A stretch of DNA of 32,000 nt from Anabaena sphaerica FACHB-251 (GCF_014696825.1 NZ_JACJQU010000009.1:166094-198093), one strand, 5' to 3'; counted from the stretch's first letter, positions 1 to 9,564 are shown. Translations and numbers: made by a program. The notes: generated by a model from the letters alone, not told the origin.

Positions 1-1022
1 ATGATGATAATTTTCCCTAACAAAGTATTTTCCGGTGCGGTTTCAAACCACTGAAAATCAACTTCTCCAGCATTATCAAACGCAAAGTAACTAGAAACAT
101 CCCAATCTCTTTGGGCGCGATCTATGACGATTAAAATTGGTTCTATGTACGTTTGCGTGGGGCTAGGAAAAATATCACTACTAGCCACAATTACAACCGG
201 ATCTTCCGCAGCCCGTAATATTTGCCAACCTGGTAAAGCTACCCAAGCTTGTTCACCAGTAAATTTAACCATGCGAAATGGACTAACTTCTGTAATTATA
301 GGTACAGCTTTTACATCTTGAGGTGTCAGTGGTAATTCACCCACCACAGGTACAAGCCGGGGTAATTCTTCATCCGACTCTAGCCGGAAGAATGGGAGAA
401 TTGGGGCAGGACGTTGGGGAACTACGGTAAAATCAGTTAATAGTTGTTCGATTTGTTTCCTAGCTGTGGGCGAGTGAACAAAGCGCAAACCCCTAGCAAT
501 TAAGCGCGATCGCTCTTGTAAATCAGAGTTCTGTCTGGCTAATTTCCAAGCTTGGTAAGCTACTGCATCCCCTGGATGCTTGGTAAACCCCTCTGGTGGG
601 GTAGAAAAGCGAGAAAAATCTTTAATTGCTTTGGCTATATCCCGCGCTTCATCTACGTCAAGTTTATGGATAAAAATCAGATCAGCGGCAGCGGCTCGAT
701 CTTCTTGAGTCAGCAAACGTAGTTCATAGAGAATATCACTAGCCCTTGCACCATAGTACGCCCGTGTTGCTTCGGATGCGCCAAACTTTTCTAAAGCACT
801 GTAAACCTGAGCGCCAACAATTACCTGATTTTGTTGAATTGGCTCAAATCCAGTTGATTCAAAGATTTCTTGGGGATTGTAACCGTTTTTTAGGAGGTAG
901 GCGATCGCTACTCCCCATTCCACCCAGTTACCTTGTTTTTGTCTCAATTTGACTAATAATTCTTGTGCTGTATCATTAGCAGTATTCGCAGGATCTTGAG
1001 TGTTGGATGGTAGTTCAGTCAT
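1..1022 (-). CDS. raf1: RuBisCO accumulation factor 1 (Raf1); the C-terminal end runs off the left edge of the window
   Basis: Absent from the ORF track because no stop codon lies in the window. My reverse-strand translation from the ATG (complement of 1020-1022) stays open to position 1. It reads MTELPSNTQDPANTANDTAQELLVKLRQKQGNWVEWGVAIAYLLKNGYNPQEIFESTGFEPIQQNQVIVGAQVY...DLQERSRLIARGLRFVHSPTARKQIEQLL...GEQAWVALPGWQ...DFQWFE, which I recognise as the conserved cyanobacterial Raf1 pattern. Confidence 0.8.
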   Translation of the reverse strand, partial: MTELPSNTQDPANTANDTAQELLVKLRQKQGNWVEWGVAIAYLLKNGYNPQEIFESTGFEPIQQNQVIVGAQVYSALEKFGASEATRAYYGARASDILYELRLLTQEDRAAAADLIFIHKLDVDEARDIAKAIKDFSRFSTPPEGFTKHPGDAVAYQAWKLARQNSDLQERSRLIARGLRFVHSPTARKQIEQLLTDFTVVPQRPAPILPFFRLESDEELPRLVPVVGELPLTPQDVKAVPIITEVSPFRMVKFTGEQAWVALPGWQILRAAEDPVVIVASSDIFPSPTQTYIEPILIVIDRAQRDWDVSSYFAFDNAGEVDFQWFETAPENTLLGKIII

Positions 1023-1285
1023 AATCGAAATAGCAAGCTTCTATTTAATATGGTGATTAGTAAGTTTTAAACTGTTGACTTTAGTGCTGGCATTAGCTTT
1101 AAGTTTCTGAGCTTATCAATCAAGATGTAATTAAAATATGTTACAGCTTAATCTAAGGAGCAAATCTTATTTTAATCTCTAAGTGCCTGCACAAAAATTT
1201 TATGTTGATTCAGTGACTGACCAGGATGATCAACTCAGCCTTGAATGGAATATAACAAAATCGTAAAGAACATATAAAGAAACTT

Positions 1286-2230
1286 ATGGATAACCACAAT
1301 CTCGAAATTGAGCAAGTGCGCTCTCAATTGAGTAGTCGCGAACGCTCAAAAAAACTTAAAATTCTGGTAGTTGATGATGAACCAGATAATCTGGATCTAC
1401 TTTATCGCACCTTTCGCCGTGATTTTAACGTCCTTAAAGCTGACAGTGGTGTAAATGCTCTGGAATTATTGGAACAAGAGGGTGAAGTAGCAGTGATCAT
1501 CTCTGATCAGCGAATGCCAGAAATGAAAGGAACCGAATTTCTGAGCAGGACTTTACCACAATTTCCCGATACAGTCAGAATTATCCTCACTGGATTTACT
1601 GATATTGAAGACTTGGTAGAAGCGATTAATGCCGGTCAAGTTTTCAAATACATCACCAAACCTTGGGATTCTGGAGAATTAAAGGAGGTGGTGCAAAGAG
1701 CAGCCGCGACCTATGATTTGCTTAAACAGCGAACGGAAGAACTACGCCGCGCTAATGCCCAAATGCAGCTTTTGACTGTTTTGGTGGAAGTAACCCAAGC
1801 TGCTTCTAACTTGGAGGAAATCCTCAGTCCCATTGCTAAAGCCTTTAGTGAAACTTTTACGGCTGATGGCTGTATTTTACAACTTATAGAAGGAAATACT
1901 TTGGTGGGAACCCAAGGGGTTTACAGTGAGAAGGGCGTGATTGAAAATTGGCTCTCCCAAGATCCACTCTTCAAAGCAGCGATAGCTACTGGTCAAATCC
2001 AATCTTCACTAAATATACCTAAAGACCCTAATCTCAGTAGTCTTGCTCACTACCAAGAAGCTGGAGTCCAAGCACATTTAATCATCCCGATTATTTATAG
2101 GCAGCAGATGTTAGGGGTATTATCGCTACAGTGGCAACAACCTTGTAATTTAAGAGCAGATGAACTTAACCTCATTCATCTGTCAGTACAATTAGTAGCG
2201 ATCGCTCTTTCCAGCAGCTATAGCAGGTGA
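1286..2230 (+). CDS. Response regulator: receiver (REC) domain plus C-terminal GAF-like domain
   Basis: 314-aa ORF. REC hallmarks are KILVVDDEPDNL, VIISDQRMPEMKG and KYITKPW. The C-terminal half (GCILQLIEG...MLGVLSLQW) is GAF-like. Confidence 0.85.
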   Translation: MDNHNLEIEQVRSQLSSRERSKKLKILVVDDEPDNLDLLYRTFRRDFNVLKADSGVNALELLEQEGEVAVIISDQRMPEMKGTEFLSRTLPQFPDTVRIILTGFTDIEDLVEAINAGQVFKYITKPWDSGELKEVVQRAAATYDLLKQRTEELRRANAQMQLLTVLVEVTQAASNLEEILSPIAKAFSETFTADGCILQLIEGNTLVGTQGVYSEKGVIENWLSQDPLFKAAIATGQIQSSLNIPKDPNLSSLAHYQEAGVQAHLIIPIIYRQQMLGVLSLQWQQPCNLRADELNLIHLSVQLVAIALSSSYSR

Positions 2231-2267
2231 TAGGTGATAGGTGACAGGTGACAGGTGACAGGTGACA
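2226..2267. repeat. STRR-type heptamer tandem repeat, (GGTGAYA)x6
   Basis: The run ggtgata ggtgata ggtgaca ggtgaca ggtgaca ggtgaca is read directly. The TGA stop of the upstream regulator (2228-2230) lies inside the first unit. Confidence 0.95.
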
Positions 2268-2400
2268 GCACTAAAAGTCCTTTAGTATCTGAGTATCTGA
2301 TTTTTATGAATGGCTGAAGCCTACACTATTAGTTCGTGAACTACCACCCTGTCCATTGCTATACAAGACCCAGATTTATAAGAAAATAGGCCGTGATATT

Positions 2401-2425
2401 AATCCAAAATCCAAAATCCAAAATC
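2401..2425. repeat. Heptamer tandem repeat, (AATCCAA)x3 plus a partial unit
   Basis: aatccaa aatccaa aatccaa aatc is read directly. It lies just upstream of the likely menG ATG at 2428. Confidence 0.9.
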
Positions 2426-2427
2426 GG

Positions 2428-3138
2428 ATGACCAATCACCAATTACCCATTAACGACGAAATCCGCAGCATTTTTGACCGTATTGCCCCGGTTTATGACC
2501 AATTAAACGATTACTTAAGTCTGGGACAACACCGGATCTGGAAAGAAATGACGGTCAAATGGAGCGCAGCTAAACCAGGAGATACTTGTTTAGATTTATG
2601 CTGCGGTAGTGGTGATTTAACCTTTCGATTAGCACGACGTGTGGGAGTGACGGGAAAGGTCTATGGTGTAGACTTCTCCTGTAACTTACTGGCAACCGCC
2701 AAAGAACGTTGCCAAAGATATTACCCTCAACCTCCTATCACTTGGATAGAAGCTGATGTCCTTAATCTACCCTTTGACGACCATCAATTTGATGCCATCA
2801 CAATGGGCTATGGTTTAAGAAACGTAAAAGATATTCCTCGTAGTCTCCAAGAAATATATCGTGTCCTCAAACCTGGTGGTAAAGCAGCAATTTTAGATTT
2901 TCATCGGCCTAGTAACGAAATATTCCGCGCTTTTCAGCAGTGGTATTTAGATCACCTCGTCGTTCCTCTGGCAACTCATTTAGGTGTCAAAGAAGAATAT
3001 GCTTATATCAGTCCCAGTTTAGACCGCTTCCCCATGGGTAAAGAACAGGTGAAGATAGCACAAAAAGCTGGTTTTGTCAATGCCACACATTACCCCATTT
3101 CTAACGGTATGATGGGAGTGTTAGTAATTCATAATTGA
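2428..3138 (+). CDS. menG: Demethylphylloquinone / 2-phytyl-1,4-naphthoquinone methyltransferase (UbiE/MenG family, SAM-dependent)
   Basis: IFDRIAPVYDQLNDYLSLGQHRIWK, the SAM motif LDLCCGSGDL, and GYGLRNV are typical of UbiE/MenG. The track ORF starts at a TTG at 2356 and reads through the heptamer repeat. The ATG at 2428 (MTNHQLP...) is the more plausible start. Confidence 0.85.
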   Translation: MTNHQLPINDEIRSIFDRIAPVYDQLNDYLSLGQHRIWKEMTVKWSAAKPGDTCLDLCCGSGDLTFRLARRVGVTGKVYGVDFSCNLLATAKERCQRYYPQPPITWIEADVLNLPFDDHQFDAITMGYGLRNVKDIPRSLQEIYRVLKPGGKAAILDFHRPSNEIFRAFQQWYLDHLVVPLATHLGVKEEYAYISPSLDRFPMGKEQVKIAQKAGFVNATHYPISNGMMGVLVIHN

Positions 3139-3173
3139 TAATTCATAATTACTAAGTAATATTAAGTTGCTAG

Positions 3174-4532
3174 TTGGGAGTCAGGAGTCAGGATACAGAA
3201 GGCAAAAGGCGGAGGGTTAATTTCCCCAGTCCCCAGTCACCAGTCCCCAGTCACCAGTCCCCAATTCCTTGTCCTCTTTCTCTAATCCAAAATCCTGTGG
3301 ATTGGTCTCATCTTTGGCTTTACGTATCACCCCCCGTTCTGGGTGGAGTTATCGGCTATTTCACCAACGATATAGCCATAAAAATGCTATTTCGCCCCTA
3401 TCGAGCTATTTATCTGCTGGGGCGCAGAGTGCCTTTTACTCCTGGATTGATTCCCCGCAATCAGGAGCGTTTGGCGAAAAATATTTCTAATACCATTATG
3501 GGATCGCTGTTAACGCCAGAAGAATTACAAAAGCTGGCGAAGCGACTCTTACAAACAGAACGGGTACAAGGCGCGATTCTCTGGTTATTGCAATTGGCGA
3601 TTGAACAAATCCAAGGTGATAAAAACCAGAAAAGTGTGAAAATTGTCGCGGGAATTTTACGGGATTTGTTAGGAGAGTCGCTACCACGTCTCCTAAAAGT
3701 TTTAGCACGACAGGAAAATTTTTTAGAAGCACAAATCAATCAGATTTTTGACCAGATATTACTGGAATTTCAACTCACTGAAGAACAATCTACACGGTTA
3801 GCTGATTGGTTGTTGCAAGTGGTTTTACCACCTGATGTTCTAAGACAGGCAATAGTTGATTTTTTGACGGATCGGACAATTCAAACTATTGATGACAGCT
3901 TTCGAGAAAAAACCAGCGGTACTTACTGGGTAGTCGCGAATCTATTTGGTTTACGTAATACTCTCACCCGGTTACGGACTTTTTGTTTAGATGAAAAAGA
4001 GGCTACTAATAAACGCTTGCAAGAATTAACCCAAGAGTTGCAAATGCGCGATCGCCTCAAAAAATTATTACAAGATTTATCTTTACAAAACTTACCTGTT
4101 GGCACAGTCCGTCAACTCAGAAAAACCACCAGGGAGAGTGTGCGTCATTATTTACAAAAAAGTGGTGGCAATTTATTACAGGAATTAACCGAATCCGCAG
4201 ACTGGGAAAATATTTCTGTCTTGTTGCTGAATCGTTTGCGAAATTCACCAGTAGTCAATACTTCTTTAGAAGTAGTTTCTCAAGAGTTAGCTTCTATTTT
4301 AGAACGTTATTTAGAAAGAGATTTAGAAGCAATTGTCGCCCAAGTAATTCCCATTTTATCTATAGATCAAGTAATTGTTGACCGAGTAAAATCAACTTCA
4401 CCTGCTGATTTAGAAGCAGCAATTGAAGGAATTGTCAAAAATGAACTACAGGCAATTGTGACTTTAGGCGGTATTTTAGGTTTTGTTGTTGGGTTATTTC
4501 AGATAGGATTTTTAGTTTTGAGTCGATATTAA
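3174..4532 (+). CDS. DUF445-family membrane protein; the true start is probably downstream of the track start
   Basis: [22 protein letters not shown] near the N-terminus and a C-terminal [27 protein letters not shown] are the DUF445 (YheB-like) signature. The first 40 or so codons of the track ORF (TTG start) are translated heptamer repeat. An in-frame GTG at 3297 (VDWSHLW...) is a candidate start. Confidence 0.75.
   Translation: MGVRSQDTEGKRRRVNFPSPQSPVPSHQSPIPCPLSLIQNPVDWSHLWLYVSPPVLGGVIGYFTNDIAIKMLFRPYRAIYLLGRRVPFTPGLIPRNQERLAKNISNTIMGSLLTPEELQKLAKRLLQTERVQGAILWLLQLAIEQIQGDKNQKSVKIVAGILRDLLGESLPRLLKVLARQENFLEAQINQIFDQILLEFQLTEEQSTRLADWLLQVVLPPDVLRQAIVDFLTDRTIQTIDDSFREKTSGTYWVVANLFGLRNTLTRLRTFCLDEKEATNKRLQELTQELQMRDRLKKLLQDLSLQNLPVGTVRQLRKTTRESVRHYLQKSGGNLLQELTESADWENISVLLLNRLRNSPVVNTSLEVVSQELASILERYLERDLEAIVAQVIPILSIDQVIVDRVKSTSPADLEAAIEGIVKNELQAIVTLGGILGFVVGLFQIGFLVLSRY
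3224..3265. repeat. STRR1-type heptamer tandem repeat, (CCCCAGT/CACCAGT)x6
   Basis: ccccagt ccccagt caccagt ccccagt caccagt ccccaat is read directly. It is preceded by ggagtca ggagtca at about 3177-3190. Confidence 0.95.
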
Positions 4533-4637
4533 CTTAGGACTTAATTTTAAAAAATTTTGAGTCGGGGATGTATAAACCCCGTACTCAGCATAGAAAGTAG
4601 GTGTAGTTCATAGCTTTATAGCCAGAATACACAAAAC

Positions 4638-5040
4638 TTACTCCAAAATTGGTATAAAGCCGATATTTGTCCTGATGGACACAAGATTGGGCAGAAATTC
4701 TCGAAGGATAACTAAAGCGCAATTTCGCCGAATTTGCGATAAATTGGCATCTCTGGATTTAGTAGTGCTGATTTACGTTGCTGTAAACCAGCGGTAATTA
4801 AACTTAATCCAGTGCGTTATCCTCAGAGTTTCGCTGAGTTCTTTATTAAGTTGTTAACTGATGAAGGGGATCTATTTTTAGCCCCCTTCGCTTTTTCCAA
4901 AAGAACGGGTTTTCTTGATGTAACTCAACACACCACTAGGTATCTTTTGAACTGAATGAGGTTGATGGAAAGGGAAGTTGCTTTTGACTTAGCCAATAGT
5001 CAATACTTGAGCAGTTGTGGTTCTACTAATGTCGTGGGTG
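4638..5040 (+). pseudogene. Decayed, 5'-truncated beta-class N4/N6 DNA methyltransferase
   Basis: One reading frame gives ...CPDGHKIGQKFSKDN*SAISPNLR*IGISGFSSADLRCCKPAVIKLNPVRYPQSFAEFFIKLLTDEGDLFLAPFAFSKRTGF...LLN*MRLMEREVAFDLANSQYL. This parallels the methyltransferase pattern ...DNGGAIPxNLLxIxNTxSNDxYLRxCKxxGxKPHPARFPxxLPEFFIxxLTxxGDxVLDPFAGSNTTG...ERLxRKWIxFE. There are in-frame stops at 4713, 4740 and 4953, the AdoMet motif is degraded, and no DPPY motif lies upstream. Confidence 0.6.
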
Positions 5041-5092
5041 CAATCAAAGTTGTTGCACTGGCAACTTTAGAGTTTAGACTTCTCAAGCTGAT

Positions 5093-5305
5093 TTATATAT
5101 CACCATTGACTTGCATTTGATGCACTTGATCAGCTAACTCTTGACGACCTTGATCGTCCAGCTTATCAATTGCTAACATCCCCATGAGAATAACCTCTTT
5201 TAAGGTTAAACGTGTAGAATGTGCCTGTTTTTGCACAATCTCTTTAATGATTGGACTCACGCCAATTGCGGTACTAGCTCTAGCCACGGAAATAAGAGGA
5301 AACAT
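5093..5305 (-). CDS. Hypothetical 70-aa protein, possibly a relic associated with the decayed methyltransferase
   Basis: Support is the ORF alone; no family was recognised. It converges on the methyltransferase remnant. Confidence 0.25.
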   Translation of the reverse strand: MFPLISVARASTAIGVSPIIKEIVQKQAHSTRLTLKEVILMGMLAIDKLDDQGRQELADQVHQMQVNGDI

Positions 5306-5526
5306 TAATGACTTCGCATAAATCTTAGCACTTTAAACGACGTTATTGTATATAGAATAAAATTTAACAATTATCTTTATATGTAATATTTTATACTAAA
5401 AACCACAGAATTACATTCTGATGGGGGATATTGATACAGCGTAAGGAAAGTAAAATTTTCCTGAATTCAGCCAGATATGGCTGTCATAAGGAAAAGTAGT
5501 GAGTACTTACAAGGAAAGAAAAAACG

Positions 5527-6663
5527 ATGAAGGAACCTTATCTGTTGGCAGCAAGCTTGTTAACAGGATTGACAGTACCAACATCGGCTCTCCCAAAGAT
5601 GTCGAGTCTCCCACCAGAAAATACTGGATTTCTGGAGGATTTAAACCCACGTTCACAGTTCCCAGTAGGTGAAAAAGTTACCTCTAAAGTTGACATTTCT
5701 TTACCAGAATTCAGTAGTCAAACTATATCCAAACCAGGGAGTTCACAGTTACCAGTACGCCAGAAAAGCATCTTTTTGCCAGAATTCAGCAATCAATCTG
5801 TATCCATATCTGAAACTTCCTCAGTACAGATAGAAAAAATCAGTCCCAGGGTTGACATCTTGTTGGCAGAATTAGCAAACAATGTTTTTCCAGCACCTAT
5901 AAAAGCATCATTGAACTTCAGTTCTCAGAAAACCAAGCAAACTCGACTATCTGGGAGTCAAATGTACTATCTAAGATTGGCATCCCTGAAAACTGGTCAA
6001 ATTTACACCCGTGTAGATGATGAAGATTTACACTCATCTAGGAAGTCAGACAAAAAAGATAAACTCAGTTATCAAGATTGGAAAAGCTTGTTAGCTATGG
6101 AAGCTAGAGCTATTTCCCAAGGACAAGGTACAAATCGTTTGAGTATCTTGGTGGGTGATTCTTTGAGTATGTGGTTTCCTAAAGAAAAACTACCTGCTGG
6201 TAAATTGTGGCTGAATCAAGGAATATCAGGAGATAGTTCTACAGGTGTTTTGAGAAGATTAACAGCATTTTCGACGACACGGCCAGAAGTAATTTATGTA
6301 ATGATTGGGATTAATGACTTACTCAAGGGTGCTAGTGATCAGACAATTTTACTCAATCATCGCCGGATTATTCGTAGCTTGCGCCACACTCACCCAAAAA
6401 GTCAAATTATGGTGCAATCAATTTTGCCTATTCACCGAACTCAAATTCCCAACAGCCGTATTCGTCATATCAACGCCCAAATTGGCTTAATTGCTAGACA
6501 AGAAGGTGCTAATTATCTAAATATCCACAATTGGTTTACAGATTTTGACGGGAACTTACGTTCGGACTTAACGACAGATGGTGTGCATTTATCACCAGCA
6601 GGATATGCTGTATGGCAAGCCGCCCTATACAAGATAGAATATATAGTCGCTCAACGGCTGTGA
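5527..6663 (+). CDS. SGNH/GDSL-family hydrolase with a signal-peptide-like N-terminus and a Ser-rich repeat linker
   Basis: SGNH blocks are present: block I ILVGDSLS, block II NQGISGDSS, block III VMIGINDL, block V DGVHLSPAGY. The N-terminal region carries repeated LPEFS(S/N)Q motifs. Confidence 0.85.
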   Translation: MKEPYLLAASLLTGLTVPTSALPKMSSLPPENTGFLEDLNPRSQFPVGEKVTSKVDISLPEFSSQTISKPGSSQLPVRQKSIFLPEFSNQSVSISETSSVQIEKISPRVDILLAELANNVFPAPIKASLNFSSQKTKQTRLSGSQMYYLRLASLKTGQIYTRVDDEDLHSSRKSDKKDKLSYQDWKSLLAMEARAISQGQGTNRLSILVGDSLSMWFPKEKLPAGKLWLNQGISGDSSTGVLRRLTAFSTTRPEVIYVMIGINDLLKGASDQTILLNHRRIIRSLRHTHPKSQIMVQSILPIHRTQIPNSRIRHINAQIGLIARQEGANYLNIHNWFTDFDGNLRSDLTTDGVHLSPAGYAVWQAALYKIEYIVAQRL

Positions 6664-6689
6664 GGTAGGTGACAGGTGACAGGTGACAG
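6663..6689. repeat. STRR-type heptamer tandem repeat of the GGTGACA family
   Basis: aggtagg tgacagg tgacagg tgacag is read directly after the hydrolase stop codon. Confidence 0.9.
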
Positions 6690-6723
6690 TAAGAAGAGAA
6701 TAGGAGCAAATCAATTGTGAATT

Positions 6724-7572
6724 TTATGGGGCTGCAATATGCTGTAAAACTTGATTTAATTTACCGCTGCGATAACCTTCTAAATCTAAGGTGACGTAAA
6801 TAAATCCTAAATTCTGAAACGTACTCACAAGGGTGGGTAAGTCTGTTTTTAAGACAAAATCTGCAATTTTTTCTGGTGGTAATTCAATTCTGGCCGTGTC
6901 CCCTTCGGAACGTACCCGCAAGTTATCCCATCCCAAATTTCTTAAATAAATTTCTGCTCTACCAACTCGCTGTAATTTGGCTATGGTAATTTCTTCACCG
7001 TAGGGAAAGCGAGAACTTAAACAGGGTTGGGCTGGTTTCTCCCACCAAGGTAAACCGAGTTGTTGGGAAAGTTGACGGACTTCGGCTTTGGTAACACCTA
7101 TTTCTGCTAAGGGCGATCGCGCACCTCTTTCTTTAGCAGCTTGAATTCCGGGGCGATAATCATGCAAATCATCAGCGTTTACCCCATCTACCACATAAGG
7201 ATATCCTAACTCTAAGGCTAAAGGCTTGAGTGTGTCGTGTAATTCACTTTTGCAAAAATAGCAACGGTTCACAGGGTTTGAGGTGTAGTTGGGATTTTCC
7301 ATCTCGTGAGTATGGACAATTTTATGGGCTATCCCAATAGTTGCTGCTTGTGCTGTCGCGTCTGCTAATTCTTCTGGTAGTAGGGAAGGAGAAACCGCAG
7401 TTACAGCCAAAGCGCGATCGCCCAACACGTCATAGGCAATCTTCGCAACTAATGTACTATCAACTCCCCCAGAGTAGGCTATCAACGCCTGCTCCATTTC
7501 CGCAAATAAGGCTTTTAATTGTTCTAGTTTTTCTGTTAACATCATCCTGTCAAAACCCATAAGACTTGACAA
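6724..7572 (-). CDS. larE: LarE-type ATP-dependent sulfur transferase (PP-loop ATP pyrophosphatase, TIGR00268-like)
   Basis: It has the PP-loop AYSGGVDSTLVA, NRCYFCK, and the LarE-type PCLSSRFPYG motif. The true start may be one of the internal Met codons (MMLTEKLEQL). Confidence 0.75.
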   Translation of the reverse strand: MSSLMGFDRMMLTEKLEQLKALFAEMEQALIAYSGGVDSTLVAKIAYDVLGDRALAVTAVSPSLLPEELADATAQAATIGIAHKIVHTHEMENPNYTSNPVNRCYFCKSELHDTLKPLALELGYPYVVDGVNADDLHDYRPGIQAAKERGARSPLAEIGVTKAEVRQLSQQLGLPWWEKPAQPCLSSRFPYGEEITIAKLQRVGRAEIYLRNLGWDNLRVRSEGDTARIELPPEKIADFVLKTDLPTLVSTFQNLGFIYVTLDLEGYRSGKLNQVLQHIAAP

Positions 7573-7716
7573 CTACTATTGTAGTCATCCGTTGTCCCCA
7601 TACTCTGTCAAGGTAAATCCCGATTCTGACAAATAATTATCAAAAATCGTCATCCTGTAAATCCTTCAATCCTGAAAATCCTGATATGGCTTGCGCCACG
7701 CTACGCTATCAGACAA

Positions 7717-9564
7717 TTAACTATATTTTGCCACCATACTACCTAAAAGTTGTAAATCTATGGGTTTAGAAATATAGTCATTAACACCAGCAGCTAAACA
7801 AGTTTCTCTATCCCCTTTCATAGCCATTGCTGTTTGGGCAATTATGGGTATATTCTGATATTGGGGATGTTTTCGTAATTGTTCCACCAAGCTCAAACCG
7901 TTAGTATCTGGCAGATTCACATCCATTAAAATTAATGCTGGTGTTATCTGTGGCAGATTTATCCACATTTCCTGAGCATTTTTAACACAAATTACCTGAT
8001 AACCCAATCTACCTAGATAAATTCGCATTAATTCAGAATTTGCTAAATCATCTTCTACTAACAAAATTTCTCGTGAGGAACTGATGGGAATATGAGAGGA
8101 AGACAAAGAACCAGAATAATTACTTACCTGTTGACTCAATTCTAAATCCTTTTGTGCCTTTGCTTCTATTGCTTCCAACACTTTCCCTGTTGGTTTGAGG
8201 GGAAGGAAGATAGTAAAAGATGAGCCTTGATTTACTTGCGATTCTAACTCTAAATAACCACCATGAATTTGGGCAAGTTGCTGTGTCACCACCAACCCTA
8301 AACCAGTACCTTCGTTGCTACTAGAATCGGAATTAATAATTTGACTATAGGGACGAAATAGTAAAGATTGGTTTTCTGTAGAGATGCCAATTCCAGTATC
8401 CCAAACTGTAAACCGTAAAGATAAATCTTGTTTAGCTACCCGTAAACCGACACTACCTGAATTTGTAAATTTGACAGCATTGAAGAGTAGATTCAGTAGC
8501 ATTTGCTTGAGTCGCAAAGGATCGGCTAATAAATTTTTTACATCTGGTTCTATTTCTAAACGGAGTTTTAAACCTTTATTAGCGGCTTTCTCTTTGACTA
8601 AAGCTAAAACATTGCGACACAATGTGGGTAGATCAACTACTTCCCATTGTACTTCTAGCTGGTTGGCTTCAATTTTGGAGAGATCCAAAATATCATTAAT
8701 CAAAGCTAACAAATGCTTACCACTGGATTGGATGATGTGTAAATACTCTTGATGACGCTGTTTGTCTGGTTCGTAACCTTGAGCTAGAAGCAGATGGGTA
8801 AAGCCAATAATAGAACTTAAAGGTGTGCGGATTTCGTGACTCGTATTGGCCAGAAACTGGTTTTTAAGTTGATTGGTGCGTTCTAGTTCCTGATTAAAAT
8901 GAGCTAATTGTTGACAACGTTGTTGCCAAGATTGGATTTGCCTCAGTTGTGCCAAGGCTGTATTACAATGCTGGATTGTTCTTTTGATCAATTGCGATCG
9001 CACGGGAGTCAATAATGGCTTACTTGGGACACCATTAGAGTTGGGGTTTGGTATGGCAATGATTACCCATGCCATTACACCGCTATGATCATCAGCTAAA
9101 CGCCAAGCACTCGGAGGTGTTTGTTTCTCCATTTGCTGCAAATCTTCTAGTCTGATGGTAGTGTCTAATCTCAAGTGCAGCTTTGTCCCTTGTTGGCATC
9201 TGATTTCTGGAATTGATTTTCCTGGGGTGAGGGAACTAGAAACATAGCAAATCTTACCCACTATGGCTTGTGGTTGACATTGAGCTATGCTTACGGCACA
9301 CTGCGTGAACGCTACCCAACTGGCATTCAAAACGTTTTGGAGTTCGTTGACTACAGTTTGATAAATTTCTGCTTCTGTCGTTGTTGCCTGTGCCATCGTA
9401 TTAGCAGCCGCAAGGAGGCAATCATTGAGATGACTCTGTAACTGATTCAAGCTGCTCTCCAACCACAAGTTATCCCGCAGTTGCTGGATTGTATGTAAAA
9501 GTTTTGGCGTTCCATCTGTCTGGGAGTTGTGTTCTGGTAAGCTTGAAGACTGCTGCATGGTCAA
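7717..9564 (-). CDS. Hybrid sensor histidine kinase / response regulator
   Basis: H-box SHEIRTPLSSIIGF, the N/G boxes LLFNAVKFT and GTGLGLVV, and a C-terminal REC domain (ILLVEDDLANSE...LMDVNLPDTNG...ISKP). Confidence 0.9.
   Translation of the reverse strand: MTMQQSSSLPEHNSQTDGTPKLLHTIQQLRDNLWLESSLNQLQSHLNDCLLAAANTMAQATTTEAEIYQTVVNELQNVLNASWVAFTQCAVSIAQCQPQAIVGKICYVSSSLTPGKSIPEIRCQQGTKLHLRLDTTIRLEDLQQMEKQTPPSAWRLADDHSGVMAWVIIAIPNPNSNGVPSKPLLTPVRSQLIKRTIQHCNTALAQLRQIQSWQQRCQQLAHFNQELERTNQLKNQFLANTSHEIRTPLSSIIGFTHLLLAQGYEPDKQRHQEYLHIIQSSGKHLLALINDILDLSKIEANQLEVQWEVVDLPTLCRNVLALVKEKAANKGLKLRLEIEPDVKNLLADPLRLKQMLLNLLFNAVKFTNSGSVGLRVAKQDLSLRFTVWDTGIGISTENQSLLFRPYSQIINSDSSSNEGTGLGLVVTQQLAQIHGGYLELESQVNQGSSFTIFLPLKPTGKVLEAIEAKAQKDLELSQQVSNYSGSLSSSHIPISSSREILLVEDDLANSELMRIYLGRLGYQVICVKNAQEMWINLPQITPALILMDVNLPDTNGLSLVEQLRKHPQYQNIPIIAQTAMAMKGDRETCLAAGVNDYISKPIDLQLLGSMVAKYS

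Noticed and set aside
124-952. Plus-strand track ORFs 124-321 and 746-952.
   Set aside because: Both lie antisense to the uninterrupted minus-strand raf1 reading frame, which has strong family-level similarity. They are spurious.
2226-3265. Could the short tandem repeats here, and at 6663, 10610, 10931 and 21770, be CRISPR arrays?
   Set aside because: The units are 7 nt, directly abutting, with no spacers. These are STRR-type heptamer repeats typical of heterocystous cyanobacteria, not CRISPR.
3461-3739. Antisense and embedded ORFs from the track lying inside well-supported genes. Examples: 3269-3490, 3461-3739, 3496-3732, 3923-4105, 6305-6490, 7341-7562, 8384-8752, 9886-10071, 10213-10452, 11656-11862, 12039-12308, 13672-13863, 14320-14604, 16074-16427, 16510-16698, 17930-18163, 18211-18735, 18768-19137, 19661-19930, 22058-22345, 24023-24217, 25115-25315, 27202-27459, 27709-27957, 30575-31064.
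   Set aside because: Each is fully nested in, or antisense to, a longer ORF with clear family motifs. None shows motifs of its own. They are treated as frame-shadow ORFs.
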